A DNA stretch of 64,000 nt from Pseudomonadota bacterium (GTDB taxonomy: Bacteria > Pseudomonadota > Alphaproteobacteria > Micavibrionales > UBA1664): positions 16,238 through 80,237 of the forward strand of contig RFNZ01000003.1 in the NCBI GenBank assembly GCA_009926935.1, read 5' to 3'. The position numbers and the translations under genes were made by a program. Positions 37,532 through 48,329 of the stretch are shown here, piece after piece. Position 1 is the stretch's first letter; every line of letters begins with the position of its first letter. Below the pieces are notes generated by a model that was given only the letters and a program-made list of their open reading frames with translations, searched no databases and had not been told where the DNA came from.

Positions 37532-38013
37532 TTCAGCGTCTCCAAAAAATCTTTTACTGATTTCTCATCACCAAACGGGCCTTGCTGGCGCGCGCGGATG
37601 ATACCCGAGGCATCCACCGCAAAGCTTTCTGGCACTCCGGTGATACCGAGTGTTATGCCTGCATCGCCTTTTTCATCGTATTTCACTTCGGCAAAAGGAT
37701 CGCCGCCGAGTTTCAAATATTTCGAGATGTTTGCCGTGCTGTCCTTATAGGCGATGCCTATGATTTTGATGCCGCTCTTGTGCATATCCAGCAGATACGG
37801 GTGTTCGATGGCGCATGGGGTGCACCAGCTGGCAAAAAGGTTGATGATATAAGGTGGTTTTGCCGTGATGCCCAGTTCGGGCGGGACAGGTTTGCCGATA
37901 AGCGGGCTGTCGATGGCACCTGACATGCGGGGTGTTGCCAGCCTGTCCATGAACATCGCGACCAGAAGCAGAATGAAAGCCAACGGCAGGATGGTGAGCC
38001 ATGATTTTTTCAT
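37528..38013 (-). CDS. ccmG: Thiol:disulfide interchange protein CcmG/DsbE
   Basis: FASWCTPCAIEHP and GVPES motifs. Confidence 0.9.
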   Translation of the reverse strand: MKKSWLTILPLAFILLLVAMFMDRLATPRMSGAIDSPLIGKPVPPELGITAKPPYIINLFASWCTPCAIEHPYLLDMHKSGIKIIGIAYKDSTANISKYLKLGGDPFAEVKYDEKGDAGITLGITGVPESFAVDASGIIRARQQGPFGDEKSVKDFLETLK

Positions 38014-39857
38014 GTGCGCTTCCTTCTGACCGAGTAGCCGAGCATGGCGACGCCCGACAGCGTGACCATCGCAAACCCTGCCCATAGGGCGGCCACGAAG
38101 GGATGGGTACTGACGCGGATGACCCATGCGTCAGGCCCTGCTTTCAAATCACGTTCGCCTAGCACTACGTATAAATCATCAAGCAAGGAGAGTTCGATGG
38201 CAGCTTCTGTCGTTTCGCTTTCGGAAACAGGATACCAGCGTTTTTGTGGGTGCAATGTTTCGTTGCCATATCTCAGCGAGGCTTCGTAGGCGCCGTAGTT
38301 GGGCCCGAATACATCGGTTACACCCTCAAAGGTCAGTGTATGGCGGCCAACGGTGATGGTATCGCCCGTTTTCATGACTTTGATATCTTCCTGCTTCCAT
38401 ACCATGGTTCCAAGCATGCCGATGACTGCGAGGCCAAGGCCAAAATGCCCAAGCGACATGGCTATGTTTTTAAGCGACATCGTGCGCAGTAGTGCCAAAC
38501 TTGAAACCATAAGCCAGACGGCACAGCCGAAACCGATGAGGGGCCATGCGCCATCAATCCCGATTGTGGCTACGGCCACAAGCGTAATGGCTGCGCAGAT
38601 GCCGAGCGGTTTTATGAAGGTGCCGCGGCCCATGCGCTTCCAAGGCAAAAAAGGACCGATACCCATGAGGATGAGCAGTGGTAAAGCCAGCATGACAACG
38701 GTTGCGTTGTAGTAAGGCGCGCCTACGGATATTTGCCCCAGTTCAAGGGCATCCATCACAAGCGGGTAAAGTGTGCCCGTGAGCACCGTTGCCGCCATGG
38801 TGACCAAGATAAGGTTGTTTGCGACAATCCCGCCTTCGCGGCTGACGGGCGTAAAGAGGCGGATAGTGCGTAAGCTAGGCGCACGCCATGCATACAGCGC
38901 AAATGCACCCCCGCAGTATAATGCGAGCAGCGCTAAAATAAACGTACCGCGCATCGGATCGACCGCGAAGGCGTGGACAGATGAAAGCACGCCCGAGCGT
39001 ACAAGAAACGTACCAAGAAGCGAGAGCGAGAAAGTGGCGACAGCAAGCAATATCGTCCAACGTTTCAAGGCCTCGCGTGTTTCAAGAACCAGAAGAGAAT
39101 GGAGGAGAGCAGTACCAGTGAGCCATGGCAGAAGCGATGCGTTCTCGACAGGGTCCCAGAACCACCAGCCACCCCACCCGAGTTCGTAGTAAGCCCATTT
39201 GGCCCCCATGGTGATGCCTGCCGTAAGAGCCAGCCATGCGATAGCAACGAAAGGTTTCACGGCACTGGCCCATGCGCGGTCTACACGCCCTGCGAGCAGC
39301 GCTGCCGCCGCGAGCGAAAATACGGCTGAGAAGCCGACATACCCCAGATACAAGGTAGGTGGGTGGAAAGCGAGCCCGAGATCCTGTAAGACGGGGTTGA
39401 GCGAGTTACCGTCAAACGGCACGTTTTCAGTGCGGGTAAATGGGTTTGAAGTGATGAGCGAAAAAGCGATGAACCCTGCCGAAAGCGCACCCTGAACACC
39501 AAGTGCTTTTTGGCGCAGCACTTCGTCTTTCAAGGTTGGCATCACGGCTATAAGCAGGCCGAAGAAGGCAAGCATGCAGATCCAGAGCAGCATCGAGCCT
39601 TCGTGGTTGCCCCATGCGCCCGCAATTTTATAGACAAGCGGTTTGAGCGAATGCGAATTGAGGATGACGTTCACGACCGAAAAGTCGGATGTCACATAAG
39701 CCCATTCGAGGCCCATAAAAGCGAGAGCACAAAGTACAAAAAGAGCGATAGCTGCGCGTTTGGCTACCAGGGGTTCACGGCCCAATCCTGCCCATGCCAT
39801 AAGCAATGCTACCGCAAGGGAGAGCGCGTAGATGAAGTGCGCGAGTTCAATTACCAT
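38010..39857 (-). CDS. ccmF: Heme lyase CcmF
   Basis: WGNHEGS, HPP, WAYYELGWGGWWFWDPVEN and SVHAF motifs. Confidence 0.97.
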   Translation of the reverse strand: MVIELAHFIYALSLAVALLMAWAGLGREPLVAKRAAIALFVLCALAFMGLEWAYVTSDFSVVNVILNSHSLKPLVYKIAGAWGNHEGSMLLWICMLAFFGLLIAVMPTLKDEVLRQKALGVQGALSAGFIAFSLITSNPFTRTENVPFDGNSLNPVLQDLGLAFHPPTLYLGYVGFSAVFSLAAAALLAGRVDRAWASAVKPFVAIAWLALTAGITMGAKWAYYELGWGGWWFWDPVENASLLPWLTGTALLHSLLVLETREALKRWTILLAVATFSLSLLGTFLVRSGVLSSVHAFAVDPMRGTFILALLALYCGGAFALYAWRAPSLRTIRLFTPVSREGGIVANNLILVTMAATVLTGTLYPLVMDALELGQISVGAPYYNATVVMLALPLLILMGIGPFLPWKRMGRGTFIKPLGICAAITLVAVATIGIDGAWPLIGFGCAVWLMVSSLALLRTMSLKNIAMSLGHFGLGLAVIGMLGTMVWKQEDIKVMKTGDTITVGRHTLTFEGVTDVFGPNYGAYEASLRYGNETLHPQKRWYPVSESETTEAAIELSLLDDLYVVLGERDLKAGPDAWVIRVSTHPFVAALWAGFAMVTLSGVAMLGYSVRRKRT

Positions 39858-40323
39858 CGCTGTTTTCATCCATCAGGGTTTTGAGGCCTTGTTCATGTGC
39901 GCGTTCAAGACCTTTTTTGACATCGGGCGGCATGTAATTTTCATCGTGCTTGGCGAGTACTTCTTTAGCGATGAATTTTTTTTCAGGGGCTTCGTATTTG
40001 CCTTCGGCTACGATGCCTTGTCCCTCGCGGAATAGGTCGGGCAGGACACCGCGGTAACTGACAGCAAGGTCGTTCACGCCGTCGGTTACGACGAACTCGT
40101 GCTTTTCACCTTTGTGCTTAAGCGTACCCGTTTTGACAAGGCCACCGATGCGCATGTGACGGCTCAGTTGCTGTTCGGTCAGGGTACCGTTTGCGATGTC
40201 GCTTGGGGTTTGAAAATAGGTGATTTTTCCTGAAAGGCCGTACAAGGCAAAGCCAAGCGCAACGGATAAGCCCAACAGCACGACAGCAATTGCGGTCAAG
40301 CGGGCGCGGGCACGCGGGGTCAT
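39847..40323 (-). CDS. ccmE: Heme chaperone CcmE
   Basis: LPDLFREGQG..LAKHDENYMP. Confidence 0.97.
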   Translation of the reverse strand: MTPRARARLTAIAVVLLGLSVALGFALYGLSGKITYFQTPSDIANGTLTEQQLSRHMRIGGLVKTGTLKHKGEKHEFVVTDGVNDLAVSYRGVLPDLFREGQGIVAEGKYEAPEKKFIAKEVLAKHDENYMPPDVKKGLERAHEQGLKTLMDENSDGN

Positions 40324-40463
40324 TTTTTTACGTCCTTGCCGAGTTTATGAAGCTTGCAGACGGCGGACGTCAAAAGGCCAGCAAAAACGATAAAGCAAAG
40401 GCCGTAAGCGCCCCAAACGTGCACTGCGTATTTGCCCATCCCTAAAACCGTTTCAGCATCCAT
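40320..40463 (-). CDS. ccmD: Heme exporter protein CcmD (47 aa, absent from ORF track)
   Basis: Hand-translated MDAETVLGMGKYAVHVWGAYGLCFIVFAGLLTSAVCKLHKLGKDVKK; lies between ccmC and ccmE. Confidence 0.85.
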   Translation of the reverse strand: MDAETVLGMGKYAVHVWGAYGLCFIVFAGLLTSAVCKLHKLGKDVKK

Positions 40464-40466
40464 GCT

Positions 40467-41186
40467 TTATATTCCTTTAACCGCTTTTTTGCGCGCGAGC
40501 ATCTCAGCTTTCAAACGCAGAATGACGATGATAGCGGCCAAGCATGTAAGGCCCACGGTCATCACCAGCAAGGGGCGCAGCATGTCGCCTGCCATTGCGG
40601 GGTTCATCATGCGCTTCAAGCTTGAGAGGCTCGAGGGCTGGTGAAGTGTATTCCACCATTCGACGGAGTACTTGATTATAGGCAAGTTAACGAGGCCGAT
40701 GACGGTCATCCATGCTGCTGCCTGGCCGCCCTGTTCAGGCCTGTCAAACGCATCAAGCAGGGCGATGGTCGCAATATAGATGAACATCAGCACCAGCACG
40801 GATGTCAGGCGTGCATCCCACACCCACCATGTGCCCCACATGGGCTTACCCCAAAGCATGCCCGTTATAAGGCACAGGGCTGTCGCGGCTGCGCCCACGG
40901 GCAGGGCTGCGCGCAAAAACAGTTCGGCTAAAGTGTGTTTCCAGACAATGCCGATGATGGCTGCTATGCCGCAGGCGGCGTAAATTGCCATTGAAAGCCA
41001 GGCAGATGGCACATGCACATACATGATGCGCACGGCGTCACCCTGCTGGTAGTCGGGCGGAGAGATGATAAGCGCATCGACCAGACCCACAGGCAGCAGA
41101 ATGATGCACAAGGTCGAAAGCAGCGGCAGTACAACTTTTGCCAGCTTTTCGAAATGCGCGGGGTTGGCGAAATACGAAAGGTTCAT
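40467..41186 (-). CDS. ccmC: Heme exporter protein CcmC
   Basis: YVHVP and WGKPMWGTWWVWDARLT (WWD domain). Confidence 0.97.
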   Translation of the reverse strand: MNLSYFANPAHFEKLAKVVLPLLSTLCIILLPVGLVDALIISPPDYQQGDAVRIMYVHVPSAWLSMAIYAACGIAAIIGIVWKHTLAELFLRAALPVGAAATALCLITGMLWGKPMWGTWWVWDARLTSVLVLMFIYIATIALLDAFDRPEQGGQAAAWMTVIGLVNLPIIKYSVEWWNTLHQPSSLSSLKRMMNPAMAGDMLRPLLVMTVGLTCLAAIIVILRLKAEMLARKKAVKGI

Positions 41187-41851
41187 GGTGTGGTTACCTT
41201 CATACGCACGATTGCGGCGGCTGCAAAGGGGGCGAGTGTGATGGCCGCGACAGTAAAGGCCGCCAAGAGCGAAAGGGGCATCACGGGCGACACGCCCAGC
41301 AGCGGGGCCGATGCTGCGCCTGCGCCGAAAATAAGGGGCGGCACGCCCAGTGGCAGCACAATGACGGCGAGAAGCGTTCCTGCGCGGCGTGAGCCCAAGG
41401 TAAGGGCGGCACCCAAAAGCCCGACTGCGGAAAAGGAGATTGCGCCAAGTGCAAGACCGGTGGCCAATTGAGGCAAATATTTAAATGCATCTGGTGACAT
41501 GGCGCTTGTGCAAATCAGGGCGGCCAATGCTGCGGGCAGGGTGGTAGCGGCTGCGTGTGCCGCCATTTTCATGGCCATGACGGAGGGTAGCGAGATTTTT
41601 GAAAGCAACAGGTCATCGAGTGTACCGTCGGCGGCGTCTGCTTCCAGCAAATCAGGGAGGCCCAGAAGCCCCGCCAGCACCAGAATAGCCCAGACAAGCC
41701 CTGGCATCAGTGTTTCAAGCTGTTCGGGGTCGGCACCTATACCAAAAACGAAGGCTGCCAGAGCCAGCACGAAGAAGAGCAGCGCCTGCATTTGCAGGCC
41801 GCGGCCGCGCGTCATACGGGAGAGAATGCGGGTAAAGATGACGCCGCTCAT
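41183..41851 (-). CDS. ccmB: Heme exporter permease CcmB
   Basis: D..DGTLD.LLL..K..AH and LLA..VLPL..P.LIFG; operon position. Confidence 0.88.
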   Translation of the reverse strand: MSGVIFTRILSRMTRGRGLQMQALLFFVLALAAFVFGIGADPEQLETLMPGLVWAILVLAGLLGLPDLLEADAADGTLDDLLLSKISLPSVMAMKMAAHAAATTLPAALAALICTSAMSPDAFKYLPQLATGLALGAISFSAVGLLGAALTLGSRRAGTLLAVIVLPLGVPPLIFGAGAASAPLLGVSPVMPLSLLAAFTVAAITLAPFAAAAIVRMKVTTP

Positions 41852-42411
41852 GCCGCCCCAACGAATTGCATGGTTTCAGCGTGTGGCCAGAGCTGCGGCT
41901 GGTGCGTGGCGATAACTGCGATGCCGCCGCTATCCGTGTGTGATTTGATGAGACTTAGCAGGGTTTCCATGCCCTTTGCATCCAGCCCGTCCGAGGGTTC
42001 GTCCAGAAGCCAGAGAGGAGGTTGCGATTGCAAAAGCCGCGTGAGCTTTACGCGCTGGCGCCAGCCTGTAGAGAGACGGTTGAAAGGGGTATCCAGTACG
42101 GTATCGACACCGAAGGGATCGGTTTTTCGTGTATCGATTGTGCCTGATAGGGCTGCGTGGAAGGCCAGATATTCGCGCGGTGTTTCGACGGATGGGGGTA
42201 CGGAGATTGCGGATATCCAATGAAACTCGGGTATATCCAGCTTGCCTGAAGCCGGTTTTAAAAGGCCCGCTAATGCCCGTAAAAACGAGGTTTTGCCTGA
42301 GCCGTTCGGCCCCTCCAGCAGCAGAACTACCCCGCTTTTGAGCGTGCGTGTGACATTCAGCGCCATCAGGGCGTTGCCGCGAGCCACAGTCAGGTTTTCA
42401 AGCAAAAACAT
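41848..42411 (-). CDS. ccmA: Heme exporter ATPase CcmA
   Basis: GPNGSGKT, LSTGWRQR, LWLLDEP and IATH motifs. Confidence 0.88.
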   Translation of the reverse strand: MFLLENLTVARGNALMALNVTRTLKSGVVLLLEGPNGSGKTSFLRALAGLLKPASGKLDIPEFHWISAISVPPSVETPREYLAFHAALSGTIDTRKTDPFGVDTVLDTPFNRLSTGWRQRVKLTRLLQSQPPLWLLDEPSDGLDAKGMETLLSLIKSHTDSGGIAVIATHQPQLWPHAETMQFVGAA

Positions 42412-42523
42412 GGTGTTGTTATAAAGGGTGCGGTGCCGCAGACCAAGCAAAAACCTGTTGACGTCCCGGCCCCTGATGTTTTTTGATCGTGGTAAATAAA
42501 AAAGAAAAAGACAGGGATTTACA

Positions 42524-43510
42524 ATGCAGAGTCTTTCTACCTACGATCCCGACTGGGAAGCCAAATATATTGAGCAACATGAACGCCTGCCTGCGATCTG
42601 GCGGCGTGCGGTCTCGGAAGTACGGCAGCAGGGCAAACTTAGCCGTGAAACACGGGCGGAATACATAGGTGTCCTCGATATGATGCGTCGTACGAGGCAA
42701 AAGCAGTTCCGTACACCTGCGGATGTTGCCAAGCGTGTTTTTAATATTGTTTCCGCAAGAGCGGCCCTTGCCGGTGAAAAAATCCCTTCATTTCCAAAGC
42801 CGGATGATTTTAGAAGCCTGCGTGAGGTGCGTGAGTTTCTTTACGAAAAAACCATGCAGATCAAACAAGCGCAGGCGGCGCGTAAGGCCAAATTCAGCAC
42901 TCAGGCGCTACCCGTGGCCCCGAAAGGCGAAGGGGTGGCTTTTAACGGTACTAATGATTTTGATATTTTTTCCATGGCATTTTTGGTGCCTGATGTTGGT
43001 GTTGAGCAGCGCAGTGTGCTTGTGAACGGGAAGCTTGTGCAAGAAACCTCTGGTAATGGCGAAGTCTTTATCCTGACCTCTGAGCGTGCCGATAATGCCC
43101 GGTACATCTGTATTTCTACCCGCCGCCATCCTGAAAAATTCGAAGCCCTGCTTCCACAGGTAGCAAGCGCGGTTTATGAACGCCTTTTTAAAGCCGAAGA
43201 CGCAGCCGACATGCAGTTTTTCGTGCATTATCCCTCGGGTTATGCCCGCGACGGTGCCGAGCAGTATTGGTCGTTTGACATGCGTCCGGATGCACGCGGG
43301 CAGTTTACTATCCACGGTCGGAAACCGTTGCCCATGGTGCCTTACGGTATTGCCAATAGGCGTATGAACGACGGCCAGCGGGAAAACGACACGGCTGTAA
43401 CCGAGCTACCCCGCGGGTATGACCCTTATATCGTTTCGTGGGCGGCGGGGTTTGAAGCGCAGCAGTTTGCCATTACCCAAGGCCGCCGCAACGGGCTTTA
43501 TTTGAATTGA
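42524..43510 (+). CDS. Hypothetical protein (328 aa)
   Basis: Long ORF filling the ccmA-acnA interval; no motif recognised. Confidence 0.75.
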   Translation: MQSLSTYDPDWEAKYIEQHERLPAIWRRAVSEVRQQGKLSRETRAEYIGVLDMMRRTRQKQFRTPADVAKRVFNIVSARAALAGEKIPSFPKPDDFRSLREVREFLYEKTMQIKQAQAARKAKFSTQALPVAPKGEGVAFNGTNDFDIFSMAFLVPDVGVEQRSVLVNGKLVQETSGNGEVFILTSERADNARYICISTRRHPEKFEALLPQVASAVYERLFKAEDAADMQFFVHYPSGYARDGAEQYWSFDMRPDARGQFTIHGRKPLPMVPYGIANRRMNDGQRENDTAVTELPRGYDPYIVSWAAGFEAQQFAITQGRRNGLYLN

Positions 43511-43621
43511 TGCGCCCTGTATTCGGGTTTTAACGGTTCTTTATCTTTTTTACGTGCATGGTACCCTTCCTTGTTGGCTGATTTGCCATCATTTTCGATA
43601 TTATTTTGAAGGATTTTACCC

Positions 43622-46306
43622 ATGGCCCGCACCGGACTTGATACGCTCCAGACACGTCGCACCCTGACCATTAACGGGAAGGAGTATGATTACTTCTCCA
43701 TCCCTGCGGCGGCTGAGAAACTGGGTGATATTTCACGCCTTCCTTATTCACTCAAGGTGCTGCTTGAGAACATGCTCCGGTTTGAGGATGGGCGTAGTGT
43801 TTCGGTTGAGGATGTCGAGGCCTTTAAAGGCTGGCAAAAAACGCTTGGCAAGACCGAGCACGAAATTGCCTACCGCCCCGCGCGCGTCTTGATGCAGGAT
43901 TTTACAGGCGTGCCCGCCGTTGTTGATTTGGCCGCGATGCGCGAAGCCATGATTGCGATGGGTGGTGACGGCAGCAAAATCAACCCACTTGTGCCGGTTG
44001 ACCTTGTGATTGACCACTCGGTGATGGTGGATGAATTTGGTTCGCCTTCTTCGTTCCAGAAAAACGTGGATCTGGAATTTGAGCGTAACCTTGAGCGTTA
44101 CAAGTTTTTGAAGTGGGGGCAGAAGGCCTTCCGTAACTTCCGTGTGGTGCCGCCTGGCACGGGTATTTGCCACCAGGTGAACCTTGAGAATTTGGCCCAG
44201 ACCGTTTGGGTTGACGAGGACGAGTCTAACAAAGGCCGTATGGTTGCCTACCCTGATACGGTGGTCGGGACAGATTCCCACACTACGATGATTAACGGCC
44301 TCGCTGTTTTGGGCTGGGGTGTTGGCGGGATTGAGGCTGAGGCCGCGATGCTTGGGCAGCCAGTCTCCATGCTGATCCCTGAAGTCATTGGTTTTAAACT
44401 GACCGGCAAGCCAAAAGAGGGTACGACGGCAACGGACCTTGTTTTGACAGTCACGCAGATGCTGCGCAAGAAGGGCGTCGTTAACAAGTTTGTCGAATTT
44501 TATGGCGACGGTCTTGATAACATGTCGCTTGCTGACCGTGCGACCATTGCCAACATGGCGCCTGAATACGGCGCTACCTGTGGCTTCTTCCCGATTGATG
44601 AAGAGACCTGCCGTTACCTTGAATTTACAGGCCGTGATACTGACCGCATTGAACTTGTCCGCCAATACGCCAAGGCCCAAGGCATGTGGCGCGAGGCTGG
44701 TTCAGCGGACCCTATTTTCACGGACACGCTTGAACTTGATATGGGCACTGTCGAGCCATCGCTTGCTGGCCCCAAACGCCCGCAGGATAAAGTGCTGCTT
44801 TCAAGCGCGGCACCTGAATTCAAAAAGCACCTTGAAACCGTTAAAGGCAAAGTGCCTGAAGTGGCTGTAAAGGGCGCTGATTACGCTATGCGTGATGGGC
44901 ATGTGGCGATTGCCGCGATTACATCCTGCACCAATACATCGAATCCATCGGTGATGCTGGCAGCCGGTTTGGTTGCGCAAAAAGCCAATGCGCTGGGCAT
45001 GAAAGTGAAGCCGTGGGTCAAGACATCGCTAGCGCCCGGGTCACAGGTTGTGACGGATTATCTGGTGAAAGCCGGTGTCCAGAAAGACCTTGATGCACTG
45101 GGCTTTAACTTGGTTGGGTATGGTTGCACGACGTGTATCGGTAACTCTGGCCCGCTGCCGGATGCGATTGCAGCGGCAGTGACGGAAGGGGACCTGAACG
45201 TGGTTTCAGTGCTATCCGGTAACCGGAACTTTGAGGGCCGTGTTAACCCGCATGTGAAATCGAATTACTTGGCTTCGCCACCGCTTTGCGTTGCGTACGC
45301 GCTCGCGGGTTCGATGCTGATTGACATCACCAAAGATGCGATTGGCAAAGATAAAAATGGCAAAGATGTCTTTTTGAAAGACATCTGGCCCACCAACAAG
45401 GAAGTGGCTGAAACGGTTGCCAAGGCGCTGACGCCTGCGATGTTCAAAACCCGTTATGCCGATGTGTTTAAGGGTACAAAGGAATGGCAGGCGATTACGG
45501 GGGCCGAGGGCCAGACCTACACATGGGAAGGCAAATCGACTTATGTTGCGAACCCACCGTACTTTATTGATATGCCGAAAAAGCCGGGTGCCGTGACCGA
45601 TGTGAAGGGGGCCAAGGTGATGGCGGTGTTTGGAGATTCCATCACCACCGACCATATATCCCCCGCGGGTTCCATCAAAAAGGATGGGCCTGCCGGTAAG
45701 TACCTGATTGCGCATGGTGTCACGCCCGCTGACTTCAACAGCTTTGGCGCGCGCCGTGGTCACCACGAGGTGATGATGCGCGGGACCTTCGCCAATATCC
45801 GCATCAAAAACGAGCTGTGCGGCGGTGTTGAAGGCGGGTTTGCCAAATACGCACCAACGGGCGAGCAGATGTCGATTTACGATGCTGCTATCAAATACAA
45901 AGCAGACGGCACACCGCTTGTGGTTGTGGCTGGCAAGGAATACGGCACGGGGTCATCCCGCGATTGGGCCGCCAAAGGCACCAATTTGCTGGGTGTGCGC
46001 GCCGTGATTGCGGAGAGTTTTGAGCGTATCCACCGGTCCAACCTTGTGGGGATGGGCGTGTTGCCGCTGGTCTTTAAAAATGGCCAGACACGCGCTGACC
46101 TGAAGCTCGATGGCACCGAGACCTTGGATATTACGGGTGTTGCTGCCGGCATTACGCCGCGCATGGATGTAACCCTCGCCATCACGCGCGCATCGGGCGC
46201 CAAGGAAGAGCACAAGCTTTTATGCCGTATCGATACGCTTGATGAAGTCGAGTACTTCAAGAACGGCGGTATTCTGCCTTACGTGCTGCGCGGTATTGCA
46301 GCCTAA
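43622..46306 (+). CDS. acnA: Aconitate hydratase A
   Basis: [34 protein letters not shown] and [10 protein letters not shown] motifs. Confidence 0.98.
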   Translation: MARTGLDTLQTRRTLTINGKEYDYFSIPAAAEKLGDISRLPYSLKVLLENMLRFEDGRSVSVEDVEAFKGWQKTLGKTEHEIAYRPARVLMQDFTGVPAVVDLAAMREAMIAMGGDGSKINPLVPVDLVIDHSVMVDEFGSPSSFQKNVDLEFERNLERYKFLKWGQKAFRNFRVVPPGTGICHQVNLENLAQTVWVDEDESNKGRMVAYPDTVVGTDSHTTMINGLAVLGWGVGGIEAEAAMLGQPVSMLIPEVIGFKLTGKPKEGTTATDLVLTVTQMLRKKGVVNKFVEFYGDGLDNMSLADRATIANMAPEYGATCGFFPIDEETCRYLEFTGRDTDRIELVRQYAKAQGMWREAGSADPIFTDTLELDMGTVEPSLAGPKRPQDKVLLSSAAPEFKKHLETVKGKVPEVAVKGADYAMRDGHVAIAAITSCTNTSNPSVMLAAGLVAQKANALGMKVKPWVKTSLAPGSQVVTDYLVKAGVQKDLDALGFNLVGYGCTTCIGNSGPLPDAIAAAVTEGDLNVVSVLSGNRNFEGRVNPHVKSNYLASPPLCVAYALAGSMLIDITKDAIGKDKNGKDVFLKDIWPTNKEVAETVAKALTPAMFKTRYADVFKGTKEWQAITGAEGQTYTWEGKSTYVANPPYFIDMPKKPGAVTDVKGAKVMAVFGDSITTDHISPAGSIKKDGPAGKYLIAHGVTPADFNSFGARRGHHEVMMRGTFANIRIKNELCGGVEGGFAKYAPTGEQMSIYDAAIKYKADGTPLVVVAGKEYGTGSSRDWAAKGTNLLGVRAVIAESFERIHRSNLVGMGVLPLVFKNGQTRADLKLDGTETLDITGVAAGITPRMDVTLAITRASGAKEEHKLLCRIDTLDEVEYFKNGGILPYVLRGIAA

Positions 46307-46323
46307 CAAAACGGATACTCAAC

Positions 46324-46355
46324 AAAAAAAGCCCCGCTTTGGCGGGGCTTTTTTT
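46324..46355. terminator. Bidirectional intrinsic terminator
   Basis: AAAAAAAGCCCCGC-TTTG-GCGGGGCTTTTTTT. Confidence 0.9.
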
Positions 46356-46356
46356 G

Positions 46357-47601
46357 TTACGGCTGTTTATCGATGATGGGTTTGGCTATGGGGTCCATTT
46401 TTCTAATGACGGGCGGCACAGTCGGGTTCATAACTTTTTCAACAGGTGCTATCTCGGGTTTGGCGATCTCTCTTACTGGTTCTGTTGATTGTGTCGTTAC
46501 TTCCTTGAGTGCTTCGATTTTAGGTCTTTCTATGGTACCGCCTTCCAAGCGCTTTTCTTCAGCTTGTTCGCGGATGTTGTCGCGGATCGTTTCAGCGCGT
46601 TCGCGCATCGTGTCACGAGCCGTTTCAGCTTTGCCGCGCAAAGTTTCCCGCTTTTGTTCGGCCTTGTCGCGGAGAAGCTCTCTCTTCATCTCGCTTTTTT
46701 CCTTGCGGTTCGGCGCGTTTTCTTTTGAATGACCGTCGTCTTGTGCGCCACCACTGGCTTTTTTCTCTTTGTACATTTTCAAGAGATCACGGCGAGTCAG
46801 TTTTCCTTTTAGCTCGGGATTGGCTGTCTCGATTTCGGTACGGATTTTTTCCATGGCCCTGAACTGATGGATTTTATGCCTTTCCAGCAGGTATTTCTGG
46901 CGTTGAGATTTTTCTACTTCAATTCTTTTTCCCACTATTTCCGGGCGTTTAAGGGCAACGGTGTTAACAGCGCGATCGATTTTTTGTTTGCCCCAAACCT
47001 TAACTGGGTCAGGTACAACGCCGCGACCACGCAGGGTTGTGCCCTGGCCTTTTTTCAGCACGGTTTTATTTTGTGCGCCCGTATCAATTTCCACTTCGCC
47101 GTCGCCTACCAATACGCCATATTCACCGTCCAGTTCACCGCCCCAAAAGCGTGTGCCACGGATGCCGATGGAGCCTGAGGGAATATTAACAGTCACCTCC
47201 GGATTTTCTTTTTTTGCGACTAGACCGCTAACATACAAAAATGCACCTTTCGCAACCGAGTAGGTTGCGTTGTTGTCTACACTGTTCGTGTCATCAAAAA
47301 AATACTCATCAAGGACGAGCTGACCGTTTTCCGAGAGGGTTAGCTCGGTCTGGTCAATCAGCATCACGTAAAGTCGTGATTGTGGCCCCGTTGTCAGCGT
47401 ATCGCCTGTACGCACCTGCGTGTTTACGGTTGCCGGCCTTGCCTCCTTGCCAGCCTGGGCCACTGTCGCTTCACCTTCCACTTCAAGGATTGTGCCGATA
47501 ATATCCGTGTCATCGGTGCCTGACTCCTGCGCCTGCGTGGCAGGAATAAAAGCAAAAAAGATTAAAGCCATGCAGGCTAGTTGCAGAGTTCTTATAAACA
47601 T
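46357..47601 (-). CDS. Secreted FecR-domain protein with charged helical C-terminal tail
   Basis: Signal peptide; GDTLTTG..SR and P.GSIGIRGTRF (FecR-like); 11-residue R..AE..R repeats. Confidence 0.82.
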   Translation of the reverse strand: MFIRTLQLACMALIFFAFIPATQAQESGTDDTDIIGTILEVEGEATVAQAGKEARPATVNTQVRTGDTLTTGPQSRLYVMLIDQTELTLSENGQLVLDEYFFDDTNSVDNNATYSVAKGAFLYVSGLVAKKENPEVTVNIPSGSIGIRGTRFWGGELDGEYGVLVGDGEVEIDTGAQNKTVLKKGQGTTLRGRGVVPDPVKVWGKQKIDRAVNTVALKRPEIVGKRIEVEKSQRQKYLLERHKIHQFRAMEKIRTEIETANPELKGKLTRRDLLKMYKEKKASGGAQDDGHSKENAPNRKEKSEMKRELLRDKAEQKRETLRGKAETARDTMRERAETIRDNIREQAEEKRLEGGTIERPKIEALKEVTTQSTEPVREIAKPEIAPVEKVMNPTVPPVIRKMDPIAKPIIDKQP

Positions 47602-47623
47602 GGAGCCTCCGAATAGTGTTGAA

Positions 47624-48304
47624 TTACTGGCTTTTTTTAGTAGCGCGCTTGTGGCCCTTATTGGCTTTGTCTCGTTTATTTTCTCTGCGATCTACGCGGT
47701 TTTCAGTACGGTCGCGTACATCTTCTTTTAGGTCTCGTTTGTCTTCACGGGCATCCTTGCGGTCTTCTGCACGATCACGCCAACCGCCATCGTGCTTGGC
47801 ATCACGTACATCCTCGCGACGGTCACGGACATCCTCTTTGCGGTCTACAACGTTTTCTTTGCGATCGCGTACGTTTTCACGGCGATCCCAGCGGTTTTCC
47901 CTACGATCTGCCAAGCCCTCTTGGCTTTGAATTCGCGTGCGGTCATGCACGTCTTCACGAACATCGCCAATTTGTTCGCGGCGATCGCGGATATCTTCCT
48001 TCATGTCGCGCACGTCTTCGCGGGCATCTGCACGATCTTCCGCGCGATCGCGCCAGCCGCCATCGTGCTGAGCATCGCGTACATCTTCGCGGCGGTCACG
48101 GATATCTTCTATTTTGTCTTTGATCTGCTCGTGCTTGTCACGCCAGTCTTCACGACGATCCTTGCGGTTTTCAATACGGTCCAGCACACGAGCTTTGACT
48201 GCTTTTTTTGTGGTCTCGGTCGTTTGGGTGTCCGTTGCATGCGCTGAAAAGCCACCCAGAATAAGAGGGAAGGCCAGAGCCAGTGTCAAAAAAGTTTTTT
48301 TCAT
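47624..48304 (-). CDS. Secreted Asp/Arg/Glu heptad-repeat protein (DRREDVR repeats)
   Basis: AGGAG RBS, signal peptide ending AHA, many 7-residue repeats and duplicated HDGGWRDRAEDR block. Confidence 0.85.
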   Translation of the reverse strand: MKKTFLTLALAFPLILGGFSAHATDTQTTETTKKAVKARVLDRIENRKDRREDWRDKHEQIKDKIEDIRDRREDVRDAQHDGGWRDRAEDRADAREDVRDMKEDIRDRREQIGDVREDVHDRTRIQSQEGLADRRENRWDRRENVRDRKENVVDRKEDVRDRREDVRDAKHDGGWRDRAEDRKDAREDKRDLKEDVRDRTENRVDRRENKRDKANKGHKRATKKSQ

Positions 48305-48329
48305 CGCGGTTACTCCTAGAGGATGGTTG

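Noticed and set aside
43748-44680. 310-aa antisense ORF
   Set aside because: Shadow ORF of acnA
47792-48247. Hydrophobic + strand ORF resembling a membrane protein
   Set aside because: Antisense mirror of the charged DRREDVR repeat gene, which has the RBS and signal peptide
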